Below, one piece after another: positions 1 to 10,906 of a DNA stretch of 56,250 bases. Below the pieces are notes generated by a model that had not been told where the DNA came from, did not search any database, and saw only the letters and a program-made list of their open reading frames with translations. A program made the translations under genes and the position numbers. The stretch's first letter is position 1. Each line of letters starts with the position of its first letter. Origin of the DNA: Candidatus Hodarchaeum mangrovi (GTDB lineage: Archaea > Asgardarchaeota > Heimdallarchaeia > Hodarchaeales > Hodarchaeaceae); the NCBI GenBank assembly GCA_016839515.1, contig JAEOUE010000054.1, forward strand, positions 1 to 56,250, written 5' to 3'.

Positions 1-310
1 AAAGTTTTTCAATTTTTAACTTCTAAGGGGATGTTTGATGTCTATAATTTCGAACGTATTCATATTGTTTAAACTGCATCATGATTCTATCGAAAACTGT
101 GTTTTAACTCTAAATGTTTTTAACTTTGTTATATTCTTATACATCTAGAATCTAAAATATCAGCCCAGTCTACTAGAAATTGTTAGAATAGTGATAATAT
201 TAAAAATATAGAAAGATTTTTCCCTATATCCAGCTTTGCTCTTGCCTTAATTAATTTTTTTTTTTACCACAATTACTACAGGTAAAATCTGCAGGTTTTC
301 CACAATACAA

Positions 311-1132
311 TCATTCTTTAGCACGCTGTGATTTAACAATAAAGGCAGTCATCCTCTTCATTTCTTTTTCCATGCTATCTAGTTGAGTATTGATTTTCGT
401 TTGGACTGCAGTGTCAATTTCCTGTTGAATTACTTGTGGTAATGCAGAAAGATTTTGATTCATTCTTTCAATAGAGGTTGTGAGTCTTTGCAAGCTTTCA
501 TCTTGAAATGCCATTCGTTCGGCAACAGAAGTTTTTAGCTCGTTTACTGAGGCTTCTAGATAAATAACGATTCGATCTCTTAGAGATGATAATTCTACTT
601 GAATGATCGCATTTACACGGTCTCGGAGATCTCCAACGGTAGCGAGTTGGTCAGCTTGATTCTCGAGCAACGAATTCAATCCACTTTCAATTTGCTGCAA
701 TGCATCATTAATCATTAGAAAATTAGTTATACTAGCTTCATATTGTTCCTTTGTTTTCTCTGTTGAGGTCTTCACCATGTCACTTATTTGTAAAGAAAGA
801 TTTCGCATATTTCCAACGACATCTTCCACGTAACTAACTTTAATAAACTTCAGATCGTCTCGTGTCTCTTTAGCTAGAGATTCAAATGCCTTCTGAAATG
901 ACGAAATAGATTGTTCTAGGGTTTGAATGATCTGAGGTAATGTCTGAATCGAATTCTGTAAAGTTCCACTTATTCTTGTATTTTGAATTTCTTGAGATAA
1001 TTGATCAGTTGTTGATTTAAGATCTCCAATCGAAGCAACCATTATTTTTAAAGATGAAGTGATTTCACCAAATCTTCCCATCATTTCTTTTGTTAATTGT
1101 TCAATAGTTCTCAGTGTTTCCTCGATTCCCAT
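311..1132 (-). CDS. Coiled-coil protein, last gene of the tubulin-like cluster
   Basis: 273-aa ORF, heptad-rich (L/I/Q/E/S), with almost no Pro, Trp or Cys; SD-like GGTGAGG just upstream of the ATG. Confidence 0.8.
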   Translation of the reverse strand: MGIEETLRTIEQLTKEMMGRFGEITSSLKIMVASIGDLKSTTDQLSQEIQNTRISGTLQNSIQTLPQIIQTLEQSISSFQKAFESLAKETRDDLKFIKVSYVEDVVGNMRNLSLQISDMVKTSTEKTKEQYEASITNFLMINDALQQIESGLNSLLENQADQLATVGDLRDRVNAIIQVELSSLRDRIVIYLEASVNELKTSVAERMAFQDESLQRLTTSIERMNQNLSALPQVIQQEIDTAVQTKINTQLDSMEKEMKRMTAFIVKSQRAKE

Positions 1133-1285
1133 ATTAAAACCTCACCAATTGTTTTTTATCTTTAAATAATATCTCAGGATCGTTTTTATTATATTTAGTG
1201 CTCAAATAATTTGTTTCAATAAGGATTTTTTGGTGTATAAAATATGCTATGACTTGGTCCATCGTATCATATATGAAAGTCCATC

Positions 1286-2332
1286 CTATTTTAAACGTCT
1301 TAAATAACGAACATATCTTTCATTGGCTAAAAGAGAATCATTGATTTTATGGATAAGAATCATTGTTTCTGAATAAAGAAATTGTCTGAATTCATCTTGT
1401 GGATACATTTTCATTTCCTGATAACAAGATTTAACAATATTAAACGAAACGTTTGGAATTCGTGTTTCCAAGTCACCTGGGCCAAGATTAAAACCCCGTA
1501 GTACATTCATTGACACTCTTAGTGAGTCGGAAAGATTTCTTTTGCCCAATAAAAATGCAGAGACATTAAAAAAATATTGTTTAATTATATCTTGGACTTC
1601 TTCTTTTTCAAAAGGGAGAATTTCCTTTCCAGTTTCATCAGGAAACAACTTTTTTAAATTCTGTAACAAACGAGCTGATGGAGCTTCTCTTAATAACTTC
1701 TCGATCAGTTCCTGTAACTTTTGGGAAGGGATCTGGTATATTTCATGATTAGGAACATCATTTATTTCCTTTTGAATTCTAAATCGAAAAATCTCTTTAC
1801 AGCCTTCAAAATAATAATAGGGAAACGCAATATGAGACAGATTGGTATAGTTATCCATAAATGATCTCAATGATTCTATCAATCCCCAAGAATCGGTATA
1901 ATATGGATCTAAGTCAAAAACACCTATTTGTTCTTTTGCAGCTATAATAGGTTTTGATTGATCATTTACTTCCATTATTAAAGTTTCTTTTGGAATGTCT
2001 GTTTCAAGTAACCCATCTAATTTTGATTGAAGAGTTGTTATTTTTTCTATCAACTGTAAATCAGAATCAGGTTGAGCCTGAAGCGCTATAATGAAATCAT
2101 TAATTAATCGTACTTCTCGCATAATATCTTCTGGCACAGGTAGGGATTCTGATAGTTTTAGAAGGATTTTTATTGTGAGATTTAGGGTAAGGACATTTAA
2201 TCCTACTAAAGTATTAATTTTTTCTCCCATATTTCCTCGTGATTTCCAAAACTCTGTTTTTAAATCAGAAGGCAGAGATATTGAGGAAGAAGCATTATGA
2301 GGGTCAGTAGGAGGTGAATTTTTTTCATCCAC
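1286..2332 (-). CDS. Hypothetical alpha-helical protein
   Basis: 348-aa ORF with GTG start and AAGGTG SD-like motif; 14 bp downstream of the tubulin-like gene. Confidence 0.75.
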   Translation of the reverse strand: MDEKNSPPTDPHNASSSISLPSDLKTEFWKSRGNMGEKINTLVGLNVLTLNLTIKILLKLSESLPVPEDIMREVRLINDFIIALQAQPDSDLQLIEKITTLQSKLDGLLETDIPKETLIMEVNDQSKPIIAAKEQIGVFDLDPYYTDSWGLIESLRSFMDNYTNLSHIAFPYYYFEGCKEIFRFRIQKEINDVPNHEIYQIPSQKLQELIEKLLREAPSARLLQNLKKLFPDETGKEILPFEKEEVQDIIKQYFFNVSAFLLGKRNLSDSLRVSMNVLRGFNLGPGDLETRIPNVSFNIVKSCYQEMKMYPQDEFRQFLYSETMILIHKINDSLLANERYVRYLRRLK

Positions 2333-2346
2333 TTGTTTCCAGCACC

Positions 2347-3735
2347 TTATGTTGATTTCTGTTCTGGTGTAATGTAATAACCAAATAATTTCTCAAGATC
2401 ATTTACCGCGTTAATTAATTCTTCTCGGGTTGTACCTTTTGAACGCTTGAACCAATGTTGTTTTAACTCGGAGTCACCGCTATGTAGTTGGATCAATGAT
2501 TTGGCCTCTTCTAGAATGTCATGAAGTTCTGGAATCTTTGGAAGACCGAATAAGAGAAGTAAGGAAGCTTTGGTGGCATCATCATCATAAGCACAATAAG
2601 TTGGAGAAATACTTGCTCCTTTAGCTAAAAAAGGCGTAAGAGATTTTTTTAGAAAAGGATCAAATTCAACCCGAGCAATATCCCGGGATCCACTCAATAC
2701 AGAAAATACCGATGAAGCAGCAGGGTTATTACCCATATTGGTAAGACTACAGTTTGAAACTGTATATTCAATTGCTGTATTGAGCTGTGATCCCATTCCT
2801 CCGACTTCAGGAAAGACAGTTAAATCATTAAACATAGCAGGAACTACAACACTATCAAGTTTTAACGCAAAATCTCCGATATCAGTAGTTGGAAGTACCT
2901 CTTTTCCTATTTCAGGGACTCCAGGCGAAAGCATTTCAGCAATTGATTCCAACGCAAGAGGATTTATTAACTCCACAAATTGTTCTTCGAGTTGAGTTGG
3001 AAACTCATTAGAATCTTGTCCTAATATTATTGGAGTTGTTGACTTTAATTTCTCTTTACTTAAATCAGCTAAATCATTTCCAGTTTGTCTGCTTAAAAGA
3101 TCTACAGATTCTCCTCTTTGCATACTAAGCACCCGTTCAAGCATTGTTCGATTAGAAAGAAGAAGTATTAGATCAGGACCCATGTTTCCCTCTTCTAGCT
3201 GCAAACGAAGAAGCTTTGACAAAGCCCAAACACTATTCACAGCTTCACTTGACTGGTTATTGAATGGTAGAACACCAAAAACATAAATGAAAATCTTCCG
3301 TTTTTCTTGTTCTGCAAATCTTTTTCTTAACAAACGAATTAACGCAGGAGTTCCTCCACAACCTGTTCCCCCTCCAAAACTAGTGAAAATGCAAAATCCA
3401 CTGATTCCTTCGTATCCGAGCGCTTGTAATTGATTGAGTATAATATCTTCTGAGCTAATAACTGCATCAAATCCCGCAGAAAATTTCCCACCCACACCAA
3501 TTTCAGCATCAGAATAAAGTAAAGTTCGTTTCGACGATATTGAATATTTTTGTCTTGCTTTAAGCAAATCACCCCGATCCGTGTTCATTACTAAATATTC
3601 ACGAATTCGTGGTGGAAGTTCACCTTTTTTAGATCTAGCTAGGTAGCTCCCTACAAGATTGCTACCACATTCCCCTAAACCTATACAGAATACCTGTGAA
3701 GTATTTGAATTAACAGTTTCCATTTTTATTACCAA
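2347..3735 (-). CDS. Divergent tubulin/FtsZ-superfamily GTPase (CetZ/FtsZ-like)
   Basis: T1 IGLGECGSNL, T2 NTD, T3 GVGG, T4 signature GGGTGCG (3355-3375), VLPF, T7-like TTDIGD; true start probably the ATG at 3723. Confidence 0.9.
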   Translation of the reverse strand: MVIKMETVNSNTSQVFCIGLGECGSNLVGSYLARSKKGELPPRIREYLVMNTDRGDLLKARQKYSISSKRTLLYSDAEIGVGGKFSAGFDAVISSEDIILNQLQALGYEGISGFCIFTSFGGGTGCGGTPALIRLLRKRFAEQEKRKIFIYVFGVLPFNNQSSEAVNSVWALSKLLRLQLEEGNMGPDLILLLSNRTMLERVLSMQRGESVDLLSRQTGNDLADLSKEKLKSTTPIILGQDSNEFPTQLEEQFVELINPLALESIAEMLSPGVPEIGKEVLPTTDIGDFALKLDSVVVPAMFNDLTVFPEVGGMGSQLNTAIEYTVSNCSLTNMGNNPAASSVFSVLSGSRDIARVEFDPFLKKSLTPFLAKGASISPTYCAYDDDATKASLLLLFGLPKIPELHDILEEAKSLIQLHSGDSELKQHWFKRSKGTTREELINAVNDLEKLFGYYITPEQKST

Positions 3736-3804
3736 TTGATATCTTTCTATTCTTTCTTCAAATTTCTCATCTTTATGTTCGTTTACTATATAAGAATGCT
3801 AGAT

Positions 3805-6800
3805 TTACAGTAGTGACACTCCAGTTTTCAATTCAATAAATAATCTCATCGCTAAGGATAGATAGGCGCGAATTACTCTATTATTAGGATATGTTTCCGA
3901 TATCTTTTTTTCTATTTCCTTGAATTGTCGAATATTTTCTTCTGGGCTGTCTGTTGGAATATATCTAGGACGAAACATCCTTATTGCCCTATGCCACTTA
4001 TTTAGCTGAATTGCAACCTTCTTCCATTCTTCACGTTGATCATCAATTTGGGGAAGTAGTTCTAAAATGAAACGTAAATCATGTGATGACATTAATTCTT
4101 CCCGATCATTTACCAACTTTGACAAAGGGAAAATTTTCTTAGATGCTTCTTTTGTATAATGTTTGTATACTTCTTGTATATTAGAATAATATTCAAATTT
4201 CCCTAGTTCAGATTGAACCACAGCATTTTGTTCTTTTTCTATTTGTTTGACAATATTAATTATAATTTGCCGGACTCCAGCTAATTCTAAGATAGCTTTT
4301 GTTAATCTACCGACATGGTTAGTAGCTGCGGTCTCCTGAAATTTGTTTAAGTACATTAAATCAATACGTTCATCATGTCTTAGATCTTTTTGATAATTTA
4401 AAAAGAGATATTCAATAGTCTCTTGAATTTCAGTTATATATTTCGTTCCCATATCTCTTATAGCCTTACATGCTTTAGAATCGTTTTGTAATTGATCAAT
4501 TTCTACAAAAACTTCTGTAATCTCTTTGAGTTGAACATCTTCTTGATTTTTCACAATAATTTGGCTAAATCGTTCAATATAATGCCCGACATATTCGATG
4601 ATATTTATTCCAACTTCTTTCAAATCATTTACATTTTTTAAGACATTTCGTGATTCATTGACTGCTTGTGATAACAAGATAGCAACAATTTCAGTGTCAT
4701 ACAAATAAATTAATTGTCGTAATTTGTGAGCAAGACGTTCATGGGAAACCTCTTCAGGTTCAAAATTTGATATTTTTTCTTCTGCACTAAATATTACTGG
4801 ATCAAGGGGTGCAATTTCGTTAATTCTTGGTAAGCTTACCCTAATCCAGTTATATAAATTCTGATGAAGCTTAGCAAGGGAATCTTTTGCCATCTGGAGG
4901 CTTTCAAGACTATAACTTTCGAAAATGTTAACTAAACGAACAATATCCTTGTGAGTCTTAATTTCTTCCATCCGTTCTTTCATTAAATCAACTGTTTTAT
5001 CAAAAAACTCTGCATACTGTCGTGGGAGTTTGGAATAGTCTTGAATATGAGAAGAAATTTCTCTTTCCATTTGTTCTGCAAGTGTTGCAGATTTACGTTC
5101 AATGTAAGACTTTAATTGCCAATATTCTGTTAATGCTTCAGAATAATCAAGATTTTCAAATTCTCTCTCTGGTGTATAAGAAACTAAGACCTTTTGGGCC
5201 TTAAATAATCTATAAAGTCGTTTATCAACACCCTCTAAGCTTTCTAACCGTGTTTTTAACTCAACTAATATCTCATTTTTATTTTCTTCAATTTTTTCCA
5301 AGAATGAGATATAATCCCGAATTATTGATTCGATATCACCTGCTTCAGCGTATTTATCAACCAATGAAACTATTTCATTACGTTTTTCACGTAAATCATA
5401 TTGTGTTTCGATTGGAAGAAGAGGAAAAGGGATTGTTTTCAGATTTTCCCGAACACGGGTGGATATTTTATATTTCCAAACAGGAATTTTTTCGTATTCA
5501 TCCAATAACTCTTGAATTGAGCCTTCTGAAGCCACATTAATATCTTCACGGAACGCTTTAAGATCATCAAAGACTAAAGGAGGGACATGAGATTTCAATT
5601 TGGGAGGAATTGTCTCCAAACTTATTAGCTGATTAAGAATAGGGTGAATTTCACTATCAATAGCATTCCAAAGTTCATTTTTAATGCTTTGATTGAGACG
5701 ATTTAAACTCTCAATCTCTTTAACAAGTTCTCTTATCTCAATATCATCAGAGCTTTTTTGCGCTTTTATTACTTCGATCTTTTCTTTAAGATCATTCGAG
5801 AGAATTTTTTGGATACTTTCGCGAGAATCATAAAGATTTATCAAATTTTGACGTAAACTTTGCTGTGCAGGTTTTGAAAAGAAAGCAACGAGTCGAGTTT
5901 CCCATTCCTTAATTTCTCGTGCCTTATTAACTAATTCACTTGTAGTAAGGGAATCAAAATCCTTTATTGTTGGAATTGGAGGCCCATTACTGACATTAAT
6001 CACTTCTTGGATATGTGGATTTTCTAATAAACGGAAAAAGTAGTTTTGACAACCTTCTGCTAATTGAGATTTTAAATCATAAAATCGTTTGATTAAAAAT
6101 ACCCAATTCTGAAGACCCTGAGTTTTTTCAGCTTCCTTTTCAATTTCATGTATATTTTCAACAAAGTTTTCAGGAGTTGGAATTTTCATAGCCCCAATGG
6201 TCTTTGAGGCATTAATTAATTCTGCAGTACCTACTAATTTTTTCGCATTTAATAATTGTTGTTGGTACCAAGACCGAATTTTTTCAATATCTTGAATGAT
6301 AATAGGAATCGAAGAAGTAGAAACATCAATTTCTGGAGTTGAGGTATTGCTAATATCCATTGGCTGATCTCCTACAATCTGGAGAATCCTACCAATTTGA
6401 TCTTCTGTCTCGGTTTTAAGTGAAATTTCATAGGTTCGTAATAAATTAATATATTCTTTACTTATATTGTTCAATTGCTTTTCTAAATCAAGTAATTCTT
6501 CAACGGAGATCGTTCCTTCAATTTTTGTTCGAATTTCAAGTAGTTCTTGTTTCAAAATAAGAGGTTTATCTCCTAGATTTAATCCAATAGACTCAACTGT
6601 GTCTAGATGCTGTTGTAGTTCTGAGATCATTTGGATGATTGCAACTTGAATTTTACCTTCGGTTCCTTTTTGTTTTTGTTTCAAATAGGCATTTTCTGTT
6701 TCTAAATCATCATATAATGTTAACAAATCAGGAATAGTCATGACATGTATGCTTGCTTTTGTCATTTTACTAGTTAAACGGATTTTTTCTTCATTAAATT

Positions 6801-7320
6801 CTATGAATTTGCCATATAAATCAACGATTTCGCGGTTAAAAACAAGAGTTGAAAGGGTTTTCCCTCTTAATACTTCGGAAATCTGATTATAAATTTTCAA
6901 AACTGTAGAGCTAAATTTTATAATTTGGTCAGGATTGAAACTCGGAATTTGTAGCTTTCTGATCGCTTCTGTCTCTTGAGGGATAAACTTGGCAATTTCT
7001 TTAATATTATTTGCCAAATCAAAGTAAATTTTTCTAAATCCAACAAGCAACGTATTTAAAAGGTCTTCTGTAAGTTTTTTATACTGAACAAGGTTTTGAT
7101 CAAGAGATTTTTTTAGTCCTCTTTTTTTAAAGAACCCAGCAGTTTTAAGCTCTTTTTCTATTCTTTCAATCTCAATTACTAGTTTCTGGGCCTCATTTAC
7201 TGTTGATACTTGGACTGTGGGGTCAATTGAACGTAATTCAGTTGTTAAATCACGAATAACCACTATCTGAGCCTTGGAAACTAGATCTTTGTTTACCGAT
7301 GACATTTTCCTAGCATCCAT
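3805..7320 (-). CDS. Giant alpha-helical repeat / coiled-coil protein
   Basis: 1171-aa ORF rich in E/K/L/I, with recurring amphipathic helices; no Walker motifs and no TM segment. Confidence 0.8.
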   Translation of the reverse strand: MDARKMSSVNKDLVSKAQIVVIRDLTTELRSIDPTVQVSTVNEAQKLVIEIERIEKELKTAGFFKKRGLKKSLDQNLVQYKKLTEDLLNTLLVGFRKIYFDLANNIKEIAKFIPQETEAIRKLQIPSFNPDQIIKFSSTVLKIYNQISEVLRGKTLSTLVFNREIVDLYGKFIEFNEEKIRLTSKMTKASIHVMTIPDLLTLYDDLETENAYLKQKQKGTEGKIQVAIIQMISELQQHLDTVESIGLNLGDKPLILKQELLEIRTKIEGTISVEELLDLEKQLNNISKEYINLLRTYEISLKTETEDQIGRILQIVGDQPMDISNTSTPEIDVSTSSIPIIIQDIEKIRSWYQQQLLNAKKLVGTAELINASKTIGAMKIPTPENFVENIHEIEKEAEKTQGLQNWVFLIKRFYDLKSQLAEGCQNYFFRLLENPHIQEVINVSNGPPIPTIKDFDSLTTSELVNKAREIKEWETRLVAFFSKPAQQSLRQNLINLYDSRESIQKILSNDLKEKIEVIKAQKSSDDIEIRELVKEIESLNRLNQSIKNELWNAIDSEIHPILNQLISLETIPPKLKSHVPPLVFDDLKAFREDINVASEGSIQELLDEYEKIPVWKYKISTRVRENLKTIPFPLLPIETQYDLREKRNEIVSLVDKYAEAGDIESIIRDYISFLEKIEENKNEILVELKTRLESLEGVDKRLYRLFKAQKVLVSYTPEREFENLDYSEALTEYWQLKSYIERKSATLAEQMEREISSHIQDYSKLPRQYAEFFDKTVDLMKERMEEIKTHKDIVRLVNIFESYSLESLQMAKDSLAKLHQNLYNWIRVSLPRINEIAPLDPVIFSAEEKISNFEPEEVSHERLAHKLRQLIYLYDTEIVAILLSQAVNESRNVLKNVNDLKEVGINIIEYVGHYIERFSQIIVKNQEDVQLKEITEVFVEIDQLQNDSKACKAIRDMGTKYITEIQETIEYLFLNYQKDLRHDERIDLMYLNKFQETAATNHVGRLTKAILELAGVRQIIINIVKQIEKEQNAVVQSELGKFEYYSNIQEVYKHYTKEASKKIFPLSKLVNDREELMSSHDLRFILELLPQIDDQREEWKKVAIQLNKWHRAIRMFRPRYIPTDSPEENIRQFKEIEKKISETYPNNRVIRAYLSLAMRLFIELKTGVSLL

Positions 7321-7572
7321 AATATAATCTCTTGCTTTCTTTCTTTGAGAAAGCTACTTGTCCATACTATATAATTTAATATTATGCTTAAAACATTCTT
7401 TCACAAATGTCTTACCTTATTAAAATATAATCTAATTCAATTACTTAAAAAATTCTATTCAAATATGCTGTCTATTAATGACTTAATCTGAGTATGAATC
7501 TCTTATCAATTCAAATCAATATACATAAATTCAATAGGATTTATCATTTTATAATCTAAAACTCATCCTTTA

Positions 7573-8382
7573 ATGGTGCTGCTAATGAACCAAGTCTTAA
7601 TAATAGCAATTGGAAATGAATTGCTTTCAGGAAAAACGGTAAACACAAATTCCACTTTTCTAGCAGAAAAATTAACTAATCTTGGATTAACTGTGAAAAA
7701 AATCCTAACTCTTCCAGATGAAAGAGAAATAGTTGTATCAGAATTAACTAATGCCCTAATTAAAAAGAATTATAGAATAATAATAATAACAGGAGGATTA
7801 GGCCCTACTTGGGATGATTCCACGGCGAGTTTTCTAGCTGAGACCTTAAATGTTCCCCTTAAAATCCACCCTGAAGGAATTAATATTGTTACTCAGCGTT
7901 ACCAAGAATTGTATAGAAATGGGTTGGTTGATACAGAGAAAATTACCTCAGCACGAAAGAAGATGGCTTATTTGCCTGTAGGGGCAAAACCCATTTATAA
8001 TCCTGTTGGAACAGCACCAGGTATATATTTTGATCATAAACCTTCCAATTGTTGGATTTTTTGCTTACCTGGAGTTCCTAAAGAAATGCAAGAAATGTTT
8101 TCTATCATTGAACCTCAATTCCATGATATTCAGAAAAAAGAACATTTAGAATTCTACGAAGAAAATCTAATAGTTCCTTTTACTGATGAATCATTGTTAG
8201 CACCTTTTTTAGACCAAGTAAGAGAAAAATTCAATGTTTGGATTAAATCTCTTCCAAAAACATATCAAGAAGGGGAAAATATAATGTTAATCATATCTTT
8301 CTCATCTGATAAGAATGGGGAAGCAAAAAATACGGTTTTAAAGGCAAAAGAATATCTTAATTTATTGATTAAATCAAAATGA
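7573..8382 (+). CDS. cinA: CinA-like molybdopterin-binding-fold protein (archaeal form, no PncC domain)
   Basis: IGNELLSGKTVNTN, TGGLGPTWDD, NPVGTAPG and LPGVPKEM motifs. Confidence 0.88.
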   Translation: MVLLMNQVLIIAIGNELLSGKTVNTNSTFLAEKLTNLGLTVKKILTLPDEREIVVSELTNALIKKNYRIIIITGGLGPTWDDSTASFLAETLNVPLKIHPEGINIVTQRYQELYRNGLVDTEKITSARKKMAYLPVGAKPIYNPVGTAPGIYFDHKPSNCWIFCLPGVPKEMQEMFSIIEPQFHDIQKKEHLEFYEENLIVPFTDESLLAPFLDQVREKFNVWIKSLPKTYQEGENIMLIISFSSDKNGEAKNTVLKAKEYLNLLIKSK

Positions 8383-8605
8383 TTTAATTTTTTTTATTTT
8401 GAGATTCATTTTAATCTAGTTTATTATAAATGGTTCATTAGGTATTTATTATTATAGGTTGATTGAGGATAGGCAACTAAAGGCTATTTTTTATTCTTCT
8501 CGTTTTCTAGTGATGAATATCGGTGTGGTCATATATTCAATTATATAAATAAAGATGTACTTTTTTATTATTAAAGGGATTTTGCATTTGGAAAATTGAT
8601 GAAAA

Positions 8606-10906
8606 ATGTCTGAAGAGGATATAGGTCTAACATTAAAGGTTGCTGAAGCAAACCAAAGTGATGTTGGACGAGGATTAGTAAGAATTGATTACTCAATTAT
8701 GCGTGAATTTAACCTAGAAACTGGGGATATTGTTGAAATTTCTAGCGATAGACCAGGGGGAAGGAAAACTGGTGCTTTAGTCATTCCAGGTAGAAGGGAA
8801 GACCGAGGAAAACGTATTATACGGATGGATGGTCTTATTAGAGGGAATGTTGGTACAAGTTTGGGAGAAACAGTTCGTGTTAGAGCAATTAAAAAACGAG
8901 AAGCAAAACATATTACTATTGCTCCTGCAGAGGAACGAATTCGTTTACTTGTTAAATCTGATATTATTAGAGAACGATTACAGAATCATCCTATTTCAAG
9001 AGGAGATCTACTTGTAATTACAGGGCAGATCCGTAAAATTCCACCTTCTGGAGGTACACCTGGTAAAGGGATGGATGAATTCATTTCAAGATTTTTTGGA
9101 GCATCCAGTCCAGTAAGTCTTGGGGAAATAAAAGTTGTTGTAGTTAACACCGATCCTGATGGAATTGTCACTGTAGGTGATGGAACAGAAGTCCATATTA
9201 TTGAGGAAGCTCCTAAAGATCTTCGTATGCTTCCTCGAGTCACATATGAGGATATTGGAGGATTAGCAGAAGAAATTAAAAGAGTCAGGGAAATGATTGA
9301 ACTTCCTATGAAACATCCGGAGCTTTTTGAACGATTGGGTATAGATCCACCCAAAGGAGTACTTCTTCATGGCCCACCTGGAACTGGAAAAACTCTTCTT
9401 GCCAAAGCAGTCGCTAATGAGTCGGGAGTTAATTTTGTATCAATAGCAGGACCAGAAATCATGTCTAAATTTTATGGTGAAAGTGAACAGCGTATAAGAG
9501 AAATTTTTCAACAGGCAGAGAAGGATGCTCCTTCTATTATATTTATAGATGAATTAGATTCGATTGCTGCGAAACGAGAAGAAGTTACAGGAGAGGTTGA
9601 ACGTCGTGTGGTTGCACAACTCCTTGCTCTCATGGATGGTTTGAAAAGTCGTGGAAAAGTAATTGTTATTGGAGCTACTAATCGTCCTAATGCTCTTGAC
9701 CCTGCTTTAAGACGGCCTGGGCGCTTTGATAGGGAAATTGAAATAGGTGTTCCCTCAAGAATGGGGAGATATGAAGTACTTCTTGTACATACCCGTGGAA
9801 TGCCCTTAGCAGAGGATGTTGATTTAGAAGAATATGCAGCTAAAACTCATGGATTTGTCGGAGCGGATATTGCAGCTTTAACCAAAGAGTCAGCAATGCA
9901 TACCCTACGAAAAATCTTGCCAAAAATTGATTTTGATAAACCATTATCTCCAGAGATTCTTTCAAAATTAGTTGTCTCAAAAGAAAACTTTGATGAAGCT
10001 TTGAAAATCACTGAACCGTCTGCAATGCGAGAAGTTTTACTAGAAATACCCAATATAATGTGGGAAGATGTTGGAGGCCTAGAAGATGTCAAACAAAAAT
10101 TAATTGAAGCTGTAGATTGGCCTATTACACATCCAGAAATTTTTAAGCGACATGGTGTCAGACCTCCTCATGGTATATTATTATTTGGCCCACCAGGAAC
10201 AGGAAAAACTTTATTAGCAAAAGCAGTTGCTACCGAAAGTCAAGCTAACTTTATTGCGGTCAGAGGACCCGAATTATTATCAAAATGGGTCGGAGAAAGT
10301 GAAAAAGCTGTACGGGAAGTCTTTCGAAAAGCAAAGCAAGCTTCACCTTCAATTATTTTCTTAGATGAATTAGATTCAATTGCACCACGAAGAGGAGCCT
10401 TCACTGGAGGAAGCCATGTAACAGAGAGTGTTGTTAACCAAATCTTGTCTCTTTTAGATGGTTTAGAAAATTTATCAGATGTAGTGGTTTTAGCTGCTAG
10501 TAACCGTCCAGATATGATAGATCCAGCACTTTTACGACCTGGACGATTTGATCGTCTTTTGCTTGTACCACCTCCTGATGAGAATTCACGAATGAAGATT
10601 CTTCAGATCCATACTAAAGGTATGAAACTTTCACCCAATGTTGACCTTGCTAACTTTGCACATAAGCTAGAAGGTTATGTCGGATCCGATATTGAAGCCA
10701 TATGCCGTGAAGCGGTTATGATTGCCCTTAGAGAGGATTTAAAGACTCAAAAAATAGAATCAAGACACTTTGAAGATGCAATGAAATCAGTCCACCCAAG
10801 CTCTAATGAGAAAATTATGAGGGAATTTGAAGAAATTGAGAAAAAATTTCTCGGGAGATCAGAAATTGGCCGTAAAGATATTCTTGGTTTGAAGGATTAT
10901 TTATAG
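8606..10906 (+). CDS. cdc48: CDC48/VCP/VAT family AAA+ ATPase
   Basis: N-domain plus two AAA modules (GPPGTGKT twice, IDE/LDE Walker B, DPALxRPGRFDR twice). Confidence 0.97.
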   Translation: MSEEDIGLTLKVAEANQSDVGRGLVRIDYSIMREFNLETGDIVEISSDRPGGRKTGALVIPGRREDRGKRIIRMDGLIRGNVGTSLGETVRVRAIKKREAKHITIAPAEERIRLLVKSDIIRERLQNHPISRGDLLVITGQIRKIPPSGGTPGKGMDEFISRFFGASSPVSLGEIKVVVVNTDPDGIVTVGDGTEVHIIEEAPKDLRMLPRVTYEDIGGLAEEIKRVREMIELPMKHPELFERLGIDPPKGVLLHGPPGTGKTLLAKAVANESGVNFVSIAGPEIMSKFYGESEQRIREIFQQAEKDAPSIIFIDELDSIAAKREEVTGEVERRVVAQLLALMDGLKSRGKVIVIGATNRPNALDPALRRPGRFDREIEIGVPSRMGRYEVLLVHTRGMPLAEDVDLEEYAAKTHGFVGADIAALTKESAMHTLRKILPKIDFDKPLSPEILSKLVVSKENFDEALKITEPSAMREVLLEIPNIMWEDVGGLEDVKQKLIEAVDWPITHPEIFKRHGVRPPHGILLFGPPGTGKTLLAKAVATESQANFIAVRGPELLSKWVGESEKAVREVFRKAKQASPSIIFLDELDSIAPRRGAFTGGSHVTESVVNQILSLLDGLENLSDVVVLAASNRPDMIDPALLRPGRFDRLLLVPPPDENSRMKILQIHTKGMKLSPNVDLANFAHKLEGYVGSDIEAICREAVMIALREDLKTQKIESRHFEDAMKSVHPSSNEKIMREFEEIEKKFLGRSEIGRKDILGLKDYL

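Noticed and set aside
1542-6649. Short ORFs overlapping the tubulin cluster (1542, 2091, 2738, 3339, 5022, 5250, 6467)
   Set aside because: Antisense or alternate-frame shadows of long genes, with no motifs
3805-7320. SMC/Rad50 or dynamin identity for the giant protein
   Set aside because: No Walker A/B, signature motif or zinc hook seen
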